Source of the DNA: Eledone cirrhosa
Taxonomy: Eukaryota
Assembly (NCBI GenBank): GCA_964016885.1
Contig: OZ024741.1
Location: 258,106,001 to 258,170,000, forward strand
Direction: 5' to 3'
DNA length: 64,000 bases
Part shown: positions 25,219-37,798 of the stretch, piece by piece
How positions within the stretch are numbered: position 1 is the stretch's first letter
Layout: each line of letters begins with the position of its first letter
Program-made: the position numbers and the translations under genes
Notes under the pieces: generated by a model
Seen by the model: the letters and a program-made list of their open reading frames with translations, nothing else
Database searches by the model: none
Told to the model about the DNA's origin: nothing

Positions 25219-25932
25219 GTTTCGCTTTACGAGTGTTTCGACTTACGAGTGTTTCGACTTACGAGTGTTTCGACTTACGAGTGTTTCGACTTACGAGTGT
25301 TTCGACTTACGAGTGTTTCGACTTACGAGTGTTTTGACTTACGAGTGTTCTGACTTACGAGTGTTCTGACTTACGAGTGTTTCGACTTACGAGTGTTCTG
25401 ACTTACGAGTGTTCTGACTTACGAATGTTCCGACTTACGAGTGTTTCGACTTACGAGTGTTTCGACTTACGAGTGTTTCCACTTACGAGTGTTTCGGCTT
25501 ACGAGTGTTTTGACTTACGAGTGTTCTGACTACGAGTGTTCTGACTTACGAGTGTTTCGGCTTATGAGTGTTTCGACATACGAGTGTTTCGGCTTATGAG
25601 TGTTTCGACTTACGAGTGTTTCGGCTTACGAGTGTTTCGACTTACGAGTGTTTAGACTTACAAGTGTTTCGACTTACGGGTGTTTCGACTTACGAGTGTT
25701 TCGACTACGAGTGTTTCGACTTACGAGTGTTTCGGCTTACGAGTGTTTCGACATACGGGTGTTTCGACTTACGGTGTTTCGGCTTACGAGTGTTTCGATA
25801 CGAGTGTTCTGACTTACGAGTGTTCTGACTTACGAGTGTTCTGACTTACGAGTGTTCTGACTTACGAGTGTTCCGACTTTACGAGTGTTTCGGCTCACGA
25901 GTGTTTCGGCTTACGAGTGTTTCCACTTACGA

Positions 25933-26001
25933 AAATAACAAATAGACGCGGTTTCAAATCTCTATGCTTTTCAAATTCGTTACATTATTCTTTATTTATA
26001 C
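25933..26001 (+). repeat. 69-bp spacer, copy 12
   Basis: CGTTACATTATTC variant. Confidence 0.95.
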
Positions 26002-28239
26002 GTTTCGCTTTACGAGTGTTTCGACTTACGAGTGTTTCGACATACGAGTGTTTCGGCTTACGAGTGTTTTAATTTACGAGTGTTTTGAATTACGGGTGCT
26101 TCGACTTACGCGTGTTTCGACTTACGAGTGTTTCGACTTACGAGTGTTTCGACTTACGAGTGATTCGACTTACGAATGTTTTGACTTACGGGTGTTTCGG
26201 CTTGCGAGTGTTTCGACTTACGAGTGTTTCGGCTTATGAGTGTTTCGACTTACTAATGTTTTTACTTACGAGTGTTTCGGCGTACGAGTCTTTTGACTTA
26301 CGAGTGTTTCGACTTACGAGTGTTTTGACTTACGAGTGTTTCGACTTACGCGTGTTTCGGCTTACGAGTGTTTCGACTTACGAGTGTTTCGGCTGGCGAG
26401 TGTTTCGACTTACGAGTGTTTTGACTTAAGGGTGTTTCGACTTACGAGTGTTTCGACTTACGAGTGTTTCGACTTACGAGTGTTTCGGCTTACGAGTGTT
26501 TTGACTTAAGGGTGTTTCGACTTACGAGTGTTTCAATACGAGTGTTTCGACTTACGAGTGTTCTGACTTACGATTGTCCTGACTTACGAGCGTTCTGACT
26601 TACGAGTGTTCTGACTTACGAGTGTTTCGGCTTACGAGTGTTTCGGCTTACGAGTGTTTCGACTTACGAGTGTTTCGACTTACGAGTGTTCCGACTTACG
26701 GGTGTTTCGACTTACGAGTGTTTCCGCTTACGAGTGTTTCGACTTATGAGTGTTTTGACTTAAGGGTGTTTCGACTTACGTGTGTTTTGACTTACGAGTG
26801 TTTCGACTTACGAGTGTTTCGGAATACGAGTGTTTTGACTTGAGGGTTTTCGACTTACGAGTGTTTCGATACGAGTGTTTCGACTTACGAGTGTTCTGAC
26901 TTACGAATGTTCTGATTTACGGATGTTTCGACACACGAGTGTTTCGAATTACGAGTGTTTCGACTTAAGAGTGTTTTGACTTACGGGTGTTTTGACATAC
27001 GAGTGTTCTGACTTACGAGTGTTCTGACTTACGAGTGTTCTGACTTACGAGTGTTCTGACTTACGAGTGTTCCGACTTTACGAGTGTTTCGGCTCACGAG
27101 TGTTTCGACTTACGAGTGTTTCGACTTACGAGTGTTTCGACTTACGGGTGTTTTGACTTACGGGTGTTTCCGCTTACGAGTGTTTCGACTTACGAGTGTT
27201 TTGACTTAAGGGTGTTTCGACTTACGTGTGTTTTGACTTACGAGTGTTTCGACTTACGAGTGTTTCGGAATACGAGTGTTTTGACTTGAGGGTTTTCGAC
27301 TTACGAGTGTTTCGATACGAGTGTTTCGACTTACGAGTGTTCTGACTTACGAGTGTTCTGATTTACGGATGTTTCGACACACGAGTGTTTCGAATTACGA
27401 GTGTTTCGACTTAAGAGTGTTTTGACTTACGGGTGTTTTGACATACGAGTGTTTCGATACGAGTGTTTCGACTTACGAGTGTTCTGACTTACGAGTGTTC
27501 TGACTTACGAGTGTTCTGACTTACGAGTGTTCTTACTTACGAGTGTTCCGACTTACGAGTGTTTCGGCTTACGAGTGTTTCGACTTACGAGTGTTCCGAC
27601 TTACGGGTGTTTCGACTTACGAGTGTTTTGGCTTACGAGTGTTTCGAGTTACGAGTGTTTTGACTTACGCGTGTTTTGACATACGAGTGTTTCGATACGA
27701 GTGTTCTGACTTACGAGTGTTCTGACTTACGAGTGTTTCGACTTACGAGTGTTCTGACTTACGAGTGTTCTGACTTACGAATGTTCCGACTTACGAGTGT
27801 TTCGACTTACGAGTGTTTCGACTTACGAGTGTTTCGACTTACGAGTGTTTCGGCTTACGAGTGTTTTGACTTACGAGTGTTCTGACTACGAGTGTTCTTA
27901 CTTACGAGTGTTTCGGCTTATGAGTGTTTCGACTTACGAGTGTTTCGGCTTATGAGTGTTTCGACTTACGAGTGTTTCGACTTACGGGTGTTTCGACTTA
28001 CGATTGTTTCGACTACGAGTGTTTCGACTTACGAGTGTTTCGGCTTACGAGTGTTTCGACATACGGGTGTTTCGACTTACGGTGTTTCGGCTTACGAGTG
28101 TTTCGATGCGAGTGTTCTGACTTACGAGTGTTCTGACTTACGAGTGTTCTGACTTACGAGTGTTCTGAATTACGAGTGTTCCGACTTTACGAGTGTTTCG
28201 GCTCACGAGTGTTTCGGTTACGAGTGTTTCGACTTACGA

Positions 28240-28308
28240 AAATAACAAATAGACGCGGTTTCAAATCTCTATGCTTTTCAAATTCATTACATTAATCTTT
28301 ATTTATAC
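28240..28308 (+). repeat. 69-bp spacer, copy 13
   Basis: Reference form, upstream GGTTACG 15-mer. Confidence 0.95.
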
Positions 28309-31300
28309 GTTTCGCTTTACGAGTGTTTCGACTTACGAGTGTTTCGACATACGAGTGTTTCGGCTTACGAGTGTTTTGATTTACGAGTGTTTTGACTTAC
28401 GGGTGCTTCGACTTACGCGTGTTTCGACTTACGAGTGATTCGACTTACGAATGTTTTGACTTACGGGTGTTTCGGCTTGCGAGTGTTTCGACTTACGAGT
28501 GTTTCGGCTTATGAGTGTTTCGACTTACTAATGTTTTTACTTATGAGTGTTTCGGCGTACGAGTGTTTTGACTTACGAGTGTTTCGACTTACGAGTGTTT
28601 TGACTTACGAATGTTTTGACTTACGGGTGTTTCGGCTTACGAGTGTTTCGACTTACGAGTGTTTCGGCTGGCGAGTGTTTCGGCTTACGAGTGTTTTGAC
28701 TTAAGGGTCTTTCGACTTACGAGTGTTTCGACTTACGAGTGTTTCGACTTACGAGTGTTTCGGCTTACGAGTGTTTTGACTTAAGGGTGTTTCGACTTAC
28801 GAGTGTTTCGATACGAGTGTTTCGACTTACGAGTGTTCTGACTTACGAGTGTTCCGACTTACGAGTGTCTCGGCTTACGAGTGTTTCCGCTTACGAGTGT
28901 TTCGACTTACGAGTGTTTCGACTTACGAGTGTTCCGACTTACGGGTGTTTCGACTTACGAGTGTTTTGGCTTACGGTGTTTCGACTTACGAGTGTTTCGG
29001 CTTACGAGTGTTTTGACTTAAGGGTGTTTAGACTTACGAGTGTTTCGATACGAGTGTTTCGACTTACGAGTGTTCTGACTTACGATTGTTCTGACTTACG
29101 CGCGTTCTGACTTACGAGTGTTCTGACTTACGAGTGTTTCGGCTTACGAGTGTTTCGGCTTACGAGTGTTTCGACTTACGAGTGTTTCGACTTACGAGTG
29201 TTCCGACTTACGGGTGTTTCGACTTACGAGTGTTTTGGCTTACGGTGTTTCGGCTTACGAGTGTTTCGAGTTAAGAGTGTTTTGACTTACGCGTGTTTTG
29301 ACATACGAGTGTTCTGACTTACGAGTGTTCTGACTTACGAGTGTTCTGACTTACGAGTGTTCCTACTTTACGAGTGTTTCGGCTCACGAGTGTTTCGACT
29401 TACGAGTGTTTCGACATACGAGTGTTTCGACTTACGAATGTTTTTGCTTACGGGTGTTTCGACTTACGAATGTTTTTGCTTACGAGTGTTTCGGTTTACG
29501 AGTGTTCCGACTTACGAGGGTTTCGGCTTACGAGTGTTTCGACTTACGAGTGTTTCGACTTACGAGTGTTTTGACTTACGGTGTTTCGGCTTACGAGTGA
29601 TTAGACTTACGAGTGTTTTGACTTACGGGTGTTTTGACTTACAGGTGTTGTGAATTACGAGTGTTCCGATTTACGAGTGTTTTGACTTACGGTGTTTCGG
29701 CTTACACGTGATTCGACTTACGAATGTTTTGACTTACGGGTGTTTCGGCTTGCGAGTGTTTCGACTTACGAGTGTTTCGAATTACGAGTGTTTTGACTTA
29801 CGAATGTTTTGACTTACGGGTGTTTCGGCTTACGAGTGTTTCGACTTACGAGTGTTTCGGCTTGCGAGTGTTTCGACTTACTAATGTTTTTACTTACGAG
29901 TGTTTCGGCGTACGAGTGTTTCGACTTACGAGTCTTTCGACTTACGGGTGTTTTGAATTATGGGTGTTTCGGCTTACGAGTGTTTCGACTTACGAGTGTT
30001 TTGACTTAAGGGTGTTTCGACTTACGAGTGTTTCGACTTACGAGTGTTTCGACTTACGAGTGTTTCAGATTACGAGTGTTTTGACTTGAGGGTTTCCGAC
30101 TTACGAGTGTTTCGATACGAGTGTTTCGACTTACGAGTGTTCTGATTTACGGATGTTTCGACACACGAGTGTTTCGAATTACGAGTGTTTCGACTTACGA
30201 GTGTTTTGACTTAAGGGTGTTTTGACATACGAGTGTTTCGATACGAGTGTTTCGACTTACGAGTGTTCTGACTTACGATTGTTCTGACTTACGAGTGTTC
30301 TTACTTACGAGTGTTCGGACTTACGAGTGTTTCGGCTTACGAGTGTTTCGACTTACGAGTGTTCCGACTTACGGGTGTTTCGACTTACGAGTGATTCGAC
30401 TTACGAATGTTTTGACTTACGGGTGTTTCGGCTTGCGAGTGTTTCCTCTTACGAGTGTTTCGACTTACGAGTGTTTTGACTTACGAATGTTTTGACTTAC
30501 GGGTGTTTCGGCTTACGAATGTTTCGACTTACGAGTGTTTCGGCTTGCGAGTGTTTCGACTTACTAATGTTTTTACTTACGAGTGTTTCGGCGTACGAGT
30601 GTTTCGACTTACGAGTGTTTCGACTTACGGGTGTTTTGACTTACGGGTGTTTCGGCTTACGAGTGTTTCGACTTACGAGTGTTTTGACTTAAGGGTGTTT
30701 CGACTTATGAGTGTTTCGACTTACGAGTGTTTCGACTTACGAGTGTTTCGGATTACGAGTGTTTCGACTTACGGGTGTTTTGACTTACGGGTGTTTCGGC
30801 TTACGAGTGTTTCGACTTACGAGTGTTTTGACTTAAGGGTGTTTCGACTTACGAGTGTTTCGACTTACGAGTGTTTCGACTTACGAGTGTTTCGACTTAC
30901 GAGTGTTTCGGATTACGAGTGTTTTGACTTGAGGGTTTTCGACTTACGAGTGTTTCGATACGAGTGTTTCGACTTACGAGTGTTCTGACTTACGATTGTT
31001 CTGACTTACGAGTGTTCTTACTTACGAGTGTTCCGACTTACGAGTGTTTCGGCTTACGAGTGTTTCGACTTACGAGTGTTCCGACTTACGGGTGTTTCGA
31101 CTTACGAGTGATTCGACTTACGAATGTTTTGACTTACGGGTGTTTCGGCTTGCGAGTGTTTCGACTTACGAGTGTTTCGACTTACGAGTGTTTTGACTTA
31201 CGAATGTTTTGACTTACGGGTGTTTCGGCTTACGAGTGTTTCGACTTACGAGTGTTTCGGCTTGCGAGTGTTTCGACTTACTAATGTTTTTACTTCCGAG

Positions 31301-31696
31301 TGTTTCGGCGTACGAGTGTTTCGACTTACGAGTGTTTCGACTTACGGGTGTTTTGACTTACGGGTGTTTCGACACACGAGTGTTTCGAATTACGAGTGTT
31401 TCGACTTACGAGTGTTTAGACTTACAAGTGTTTCGACTTACGGGTGTTTCGACTTACGAGTGTTTCGACTACGAGTGTTTCGACTTACGAGTGTTTCGGC
31501 TTACGAGTGTTTCGACATACGGGTGTTTCGACTTACGGTGTTTCGGCTTACGAGTGTTTCGATACGAGTGTTCTGACTTACGAGTGTTCTGACTTACGAG
31601 TGTTCTGACTTACGAGTGTTCTGACTTACGAGTGTTCCGACTTTACGAGTGTTTCGGCTCACGAGTGTTTCGGCTTACGAGTGTTTCCACTTACGA

Positions 31697-31765
31697 AAAT
31701 AACAAATAGACGCGGTTTCAAATCTCTATGCTTTTCAAATTCGTTACATTATTCTTTATTTATAC
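31697..31765 (+). repeat. 69-bp spacer, copy 14
   Basis: CGTTACATTATTC variant. Confidence 0.95.
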
Positions 31766-33813
31766 GTTTCGCTTTACGAGTGTTTCGACTTACGAGTGTT
31801 TCGACATACGAGTGTTTCGGCTTACGAGTGTTTTAATTTACGAGTGTTTTGAATTACGGGTGCTTCGACTTACGCGTGTTTCGACTTACGAGTGTTTCGA
31901 CTTACGAGTGTTTCGACTTACGAGTGATTCGACTTACGAATGTTTTGACTTACGGGTGTTTCGGCTTGCGAGTGTTTCGACTTACGAGTGTTTCGGCTTA
32001 TGAGTGTTTCGACTTACTAATGTTTTTACTTACGAGTGTTTCGGCGTACGAGTCTTTTGACTTACGAGTGTTTCGACTTACGAGTGTTTTGACTTACGAG
32101 TGTTTCGACTTACGCGTGTTTCGGCTTACGAGTGTTTCGACTTACGAGTGTTTCGGCTGGCGAGTGTTTCGACTTACGAGTGTTTTGACTTAAGGGTGTT
32201 TCGACTTACGAGTGTTTCGACTTACGAGTGTTTCGACTTACGAGTGTTTCGGCTTACGAGTGTTTTGACTTAAGGGTGTTTCGACTTACGAGTGTTTCGA
32301 TACGAGTGTTTCGACTTACGAGTGTTCTGACTTACGATTGTTCTGACTTACGAGCGTTCTGACTTACGAGTGTTCTGACTTACGAGTGTTTCGGCTTACG
32401 AGTGTTTCGGCTTACGAGTGTTTCGACTTACGAGTGTTTCGACTTACGAGTGTTCCGACTTACGGGTGTTTCGACTTACGAGTGTTTTGGCTTATAGTGT
32501 TTCGGCTTACGAGTGTTTCGAGTTAAGAGTGTTTTGACTTACGCGTGTTTTGACATACGAGTGTTCTGACTTACGAGTGTTCTGACTTACGAGTGTTCTG
32601 ACTTACGAGTGTTCTGACTTACGAGTGTTCCGACTTTACGAGTGTTTCGGCTCACGAGTGTTTCGACTTACGAGTGTTTCGACTTACGAGTGTTTCGACT
32701 TACGGGTGTTTTGACTTACGGGTGTTTCCGCTTACGAGTGTTTCGACTTACGAGTGTTTTGACTTAAGGGTGTTTCGACTTACGTGTGTTTTGACTTACG
32801 AGTGTTTCGACTTACGAGTGTTTCGGAATACGAGTGTTTTGACTTGAGGGTTTTCGACTTACGAGTGTTTCGATACGAGTGTTTCGACTTACGAGTGTTC
32901 TGACTTACGAGTGTTCTGATTTACGGATGTTTCGACACACGAGTGTTTCGAATTACGAGTGTTTCGACTTAAGAGTGTTTTGACTTACGGGTGTTTTGAC
33001 ATACGAGTGTTTCGATACGAGTGTTTCGACTTACGAGTGTTCTGACTTACGAGTGTTCTGACTTACGAGTGTTCTGACTTACGAGTGTTCTTACTTACGA
33101 GTGTTCCGACTTACGAGTGTTTCGGCTTACGAGTGTTTCGACTTACGAGTGTTCCGACTTACGGGTGTTTCGACTTACGAGTGTTTTGGCTTACGAGTGT
33201 TTCGAGTTACGAGTGTTTTGACCTACGCGTGTTTTGACATACGAGTGTTTCGATACGAGTGTTCTGACTTACGAGTGTTCTGACTTACGAGTGTTCTGAC
33301 TTACGAGTGTTTCGACTTACGAGTGTTCTGACTTACGAGTGTTCTGACTTACGAATGTTCCGACTTACGAGTGTTTCGACTTACGAGTGTTTCGACTTAC
33401 GAGTGTTTCGACTTACGAGTGTTTCGGCTTACGAGTGTTTTGACTTACGAGTGTTCTGACTACGAGTGTTCTTACTTACGAGTGTTTCGGCTTATGAGTG
33501 TTTCGACTTACGAGTGTTTCGGCTTATGAGTGTTTCGACTTACGAGTGTTTCGACTTACGGGTGTTTCGACTTACGATTGTTTCGACTACGAGTGTTTCG
33601 ACTTACGAGTGTTTCGGCTTACGAGTGTTTCGACATACGGGTGTTTCGACTTACGGTGTTTCGGCTTACGAGTGTTTCGATGCGAGTGTTCTGACTTACG
33701 AGTGTTCTGACTTACGAGTGTTCTGACTTACGAGTGTTCTGAATTACGAGTGTTCCGACTTTACGAGTGTTTCGGCTCACGAGTGTTTCGGTTACGAGTG
33801 TTTCGACTTACGA

Positions 33814-33882
33814 AAATAACAAATAGACGCGGTTTCAAATCTCTATGCTTTTCAAATTCATTACATTAATCTTTATTTATAC
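33814..33882 (+). repeat. 69-bp spacer, copy 15
   Basis: Reference form, upstream GGTTACG 15-mer. Confidence 0.95.
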
Positions 33883-36800
33883 GTTTCGCTTTACGAGTGT
33901 TTCGACTTACGAGTGTTTCGACATACGAGTGTTTCGGCTTACGAGTGTTTTGATTTACGAGTGTTTTGACTTACGGGTGCTTCGACTTACGCGTGTTTCG
34001 ACTTACGAGTGATTCGACTTACGAATGTTTTGACTTACGGGTGTTTCGGCTTGCGAGTGTTTCGACTTACGAGTGTTTCGGCTTATGAGTGTTTCGACTT
34101 ACTAATGTTTTTACTTATGAGTGTTTCGGCGTACGAGTGTTTTGACTTACGAGTGTTTCGACTTACGAGTGTTTTGACTTACGAATGTTTTGACTTACGG
34201 GTGTTTCGGCTTACGAGTGTTTCGACTTACGAGTGTTTCGGCTGGCGAGTGTTTCGGCTTACGAGTGTTTTGACTTAAGGGTCTTTCGACTTACGAGTGT
34301 TTCGACTTACGAGTGTTTCGACTTACGAGTGTTTCGGCTTACGAGTGTTTTGACTTAAGGGTGTTTCGACTTACGAGTGTTTCGATACGAGTGTTTCGAC
34401 TTACGAGTGTTCTGACTTACGAGTGTTCCGACTTACGAGTGTCTCGGCTTACGAGTGTTTCCGCTTACGAGTGTTTCGACTTACGAGTGTTTCGACTTAC
34501 GAGTGTTCCGACTTACGGGTGTTTCGACTTACGAGTGTTTTGGCTTACGGTGTTTCGACTTACGAGTGTTTCGGCTTACGAGTGTTTTGACTTAAGGGTG
34601 TTTAGACTTACGAGTGTTTCGATACGAGTGTTTCGACTTACGAGTGTTCTGACTTACGATTGTTCTGACTTACGCGCGTTCTGACTTACGAGTGTTCTGA
34701 CTTACGAGTGTTTCGGCTTACGAGTGTTTCGGCTTACGAGTGTTTCGACTTACGAGTGTTTCGACTTACGAGTGTTCCGACTTACGGGTGTTTCGACTTA
34801 CGAGTGTTTTGGCTTACGGTGTTTCGGCTTACGAGTGTTTCGAGTTAAGAGTGTTTTGACTTACGCGTGTTTTGACATACGAGTGTTCTGACTTACGAGT
34901 GTTCTGACTTACGAGTGTTCTGACTTACGAGTGTTCCGACTTTACGAGTGTTTCGGCTCACGAGTGTTTCGACTTACGAGTGTTTCGACATACGAGTGTT
35001 TCGACTTACGAATGTTTTTGCTTACGGGTGTTTCGACTTACGAATGTTTTTGCTTACGAGTGTTTCGGTTTACGAGTGTTCCGACTTACGAGTGTTTCGG
35101 CTTACGAGTGTTTCCGGCTTACGAGTGTTTCGACTTACGAGTGTTTCGACTTACGAGTGTTTTGACTTACGGTGTTTCGGCTTACGAGTGAATAGACTTA
35201 CGAGTGTTTTGACTTACGGGTGTTTTGACATACAGGTGTTGTGAATTACGAGTGTTCCGATTTACGAGTGTTTTGACTTACGGTGTTTCGGCTTACACGT
35301 GATTCGACTTACGAATGTTTTGACTTACGGGTGTTTCGGCTTGCGAGTGTTTCGACTTACGAGTGTTTCGAATTACGAGTGTTTTGACTTACGAATGTTT
35401 TGACTTACGGGTGTTTCGGCTTACGAGTGTTTCGACTTACGAGTGTTTCGGCTTGCGAGTGTTTCGACTTACTAATGTTTTTACTTACGAGTGTTTCGGC
35501 GTACGAGTGTTTCGACTTACGAGTCTTTCGACTTATGGGTGTTTTGAATTACGGGTGTTTCGGCTTACGAGTGTTTCGACTTACGAGTGTTTTGACTTAA
35601 GGGTGTTTCGACTTACGAGTGTTTCGACTTACGAGTGTTTCGACTTACGAGTGTTTCAGATTACGAGTGTTTTGACTTGAGGGTTTCCGACTTACGAGTG
35701 TTTCGATACGAGTGTTTCGACTTACGAGTGTTCTGATTTACGGATGTTTCGACACACGAGTGTTTCGAATTACGAGTGTTTCGACTTACAAGTGTTTTGA
35801 CTTAAGGGTGTTTTGACATACGAGTGTTTCGATACGAGTGTTTCGACTTACGAGTGTTCTGACTTACGATTGTTCTGACTTACGAGTGTTCTTACTTACG
35901 AGTGTTCCGACTTACGAGTGTTTCGGCTTACGAGTGTTTCGACTTACGAGTGTTCCGACTTACGGGTGTTTCGACTTACGAGTGATTCGACTTACGAATG
36001 TTTTGACTTACGGGTGTTTCGGCTTGCGAGTGTTTCGACTTACGAGTGTTTCGACTTACGAGTGTTTTGACTTACGAATGTTTTGACTTACGGGTGTTTC
36101 GGCTTACGAATGTTTCGACTTACGAGTGTTTCGGCTTGCGTGTGTTTCGACTTACTAATGTTTTTACTTACGAGTGTTTCGGCGTACGAGTGTTTCGACT
36201 TACGAGTGTTTCGACTTACGGGTGTTTTGACTTACGGGTGTTTCGGCTTACGAGTGTTTCGACTTACGAGTGTTTTGACTTAAGGGTGTTTCGACTTACG
36301 AATGTTTCGACTTACGAGTGTTTCGACTTACGAGTGTTTCGGATTACGAGTGTTTCGACTTACGGGTGTTTTGACTTACGGGTGTTTCGGCTTACGAGTG
36401 TTTCGACTTACGAGTGTTTTGACTTAAGGGTGTTTCGACTTACGAGTGTTTCGACTTACGAGTGTTTCGACTTACGAGTGTTTCGACTTACGAGTGTTTC
36501 GGATTACGAGTGTTTTGACTTGAGGGTTTTCGACTTACGAGTGTTTCGATACGAGTGTTTCGACTTACGAGTGTTCTGACTTACGATTGTTCTGACTTAC
36601 GAGTGTTCTTACTTACGAGTGTTCCGACTTACGAGTGTTTCGGCTTACGAGTGTTTCGACTTACGAGTGTTCCGACTTACGGGTGTTTCGACTTACGAGT
36701 GATTCGACTTACGAATGTTTTGACTTACGGGTGTTTCGGCTTGCGAGTGTTTCGACTTACGAGTGTTTCGACTTACGAGTGTTTTGACTTACGAATGTTT

Positions 36801-37729
36801 TGACTTACGGGTGTTTCGGCTTACGAGTGTTTCGACTTACGAGTGTTTCGGCTTGCGAGTGTTTCGACTTACTAATGTTTTTACTTCCGAGTGTTTCGGC
36901 GTACGAGTGTTTCGACTTACGAGTGTTTCGACTTACGGGTGTTTTGACTTACGGGTGTTTCGACACACGAGTGTTTCGAATTACGAGTGTTTCGACTTAC
37001 GAGTGTTTTGACTTACGGGTGTTTTGACATACGAGTGTTTCGATACGAGTGTTTCGACTTACGAGTGTTCTGACTTACGAGTGTTCTGACTTACGAGTGT
37101 TCTGACTTACGAGTGTTCTTACTTACGAGTGTTCCGACTTACGAGTGTTTCGGCTTACGAGTGTTTCGACATACGAGTGTTCCGACTTACGGGTGTTTCG
37201 ACTTACGAGTGTTTTGGCTTACGGTGTTTCGGCTTACGAGTGTTTCGAGTTACGAGTGTTTTGACTTACGCGTGTTTTGACATACGAGTGTTTCGATACG
37301 AGTGTTCTGACTACGAGTGTTCTGACTTACGAGTGTTTCGGCTTATGAGTGTTTCGACTTACGAGTGTTTCGGCTTATGAGTGTTTCGACTTACGAGTGT
37401 TTCGGCTTACGAGTGTTTCGACTTACGAGTGTTTCGACTTACAAGTGTTTCGACTTACGGGTGTTTCGACTTACGAGTGTTTCGACTACGAGTGTTTCGA
37501 CTTACGAGTGTTTCGGCTTACGAGTGTTTCGACATACGGGTGTTTCGACTTACGGTGTTTCGGCTTACGAGTGTTTCGATACGAGTGTTCTGACTTACGA
37601 GTGTTCTGACTTACGAGTGTTCTGACTTACGAGTGTTCTGACTTACGAGTGTTCTGACTTACGAGTGTTCCGACTTTACGAGTGTTTCGGCTCACGAGTG
37701 TTTCGGCTTACGAGTCTTTCCACTTACGA

Positions 37730-37798
37730 AAATAACAAATAGACGCGGTTTCAAATCTCTATGCTTTTCAAATTCGTTACATTAATCTTTATTTATAC
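37730..37798 (+). repeat. 69-bp spacer, copy 16
   Basis: CGTTACATTAATC variant. Confidence 0.95.

Larger units (their letters stand above)
1100..31970 (+). repeat. Two copies of a 15.2-15.5-kb macro-unit (about 1100-16595 and about 16596-31970)
   Basis: Matching translations at offsets 15464 (1247/16711, 2132/17596), 15526 (3440/18966), 15186-15187 (6662/21848, 9994/25181), 15171 (12721/27892), 15378 (16350/31728). Confidence 0.9.
25630..37400 (+). repeat. Tandem 5.6-6.0-kb higher-order unit, also present at about 10440-16010
   Basis: 25964/31728 (5764), 27892/33466 (5574), 30247/35838 (5591), 31728/37761 (6033), 10777/16350 (5573). Confidence 0.88.
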
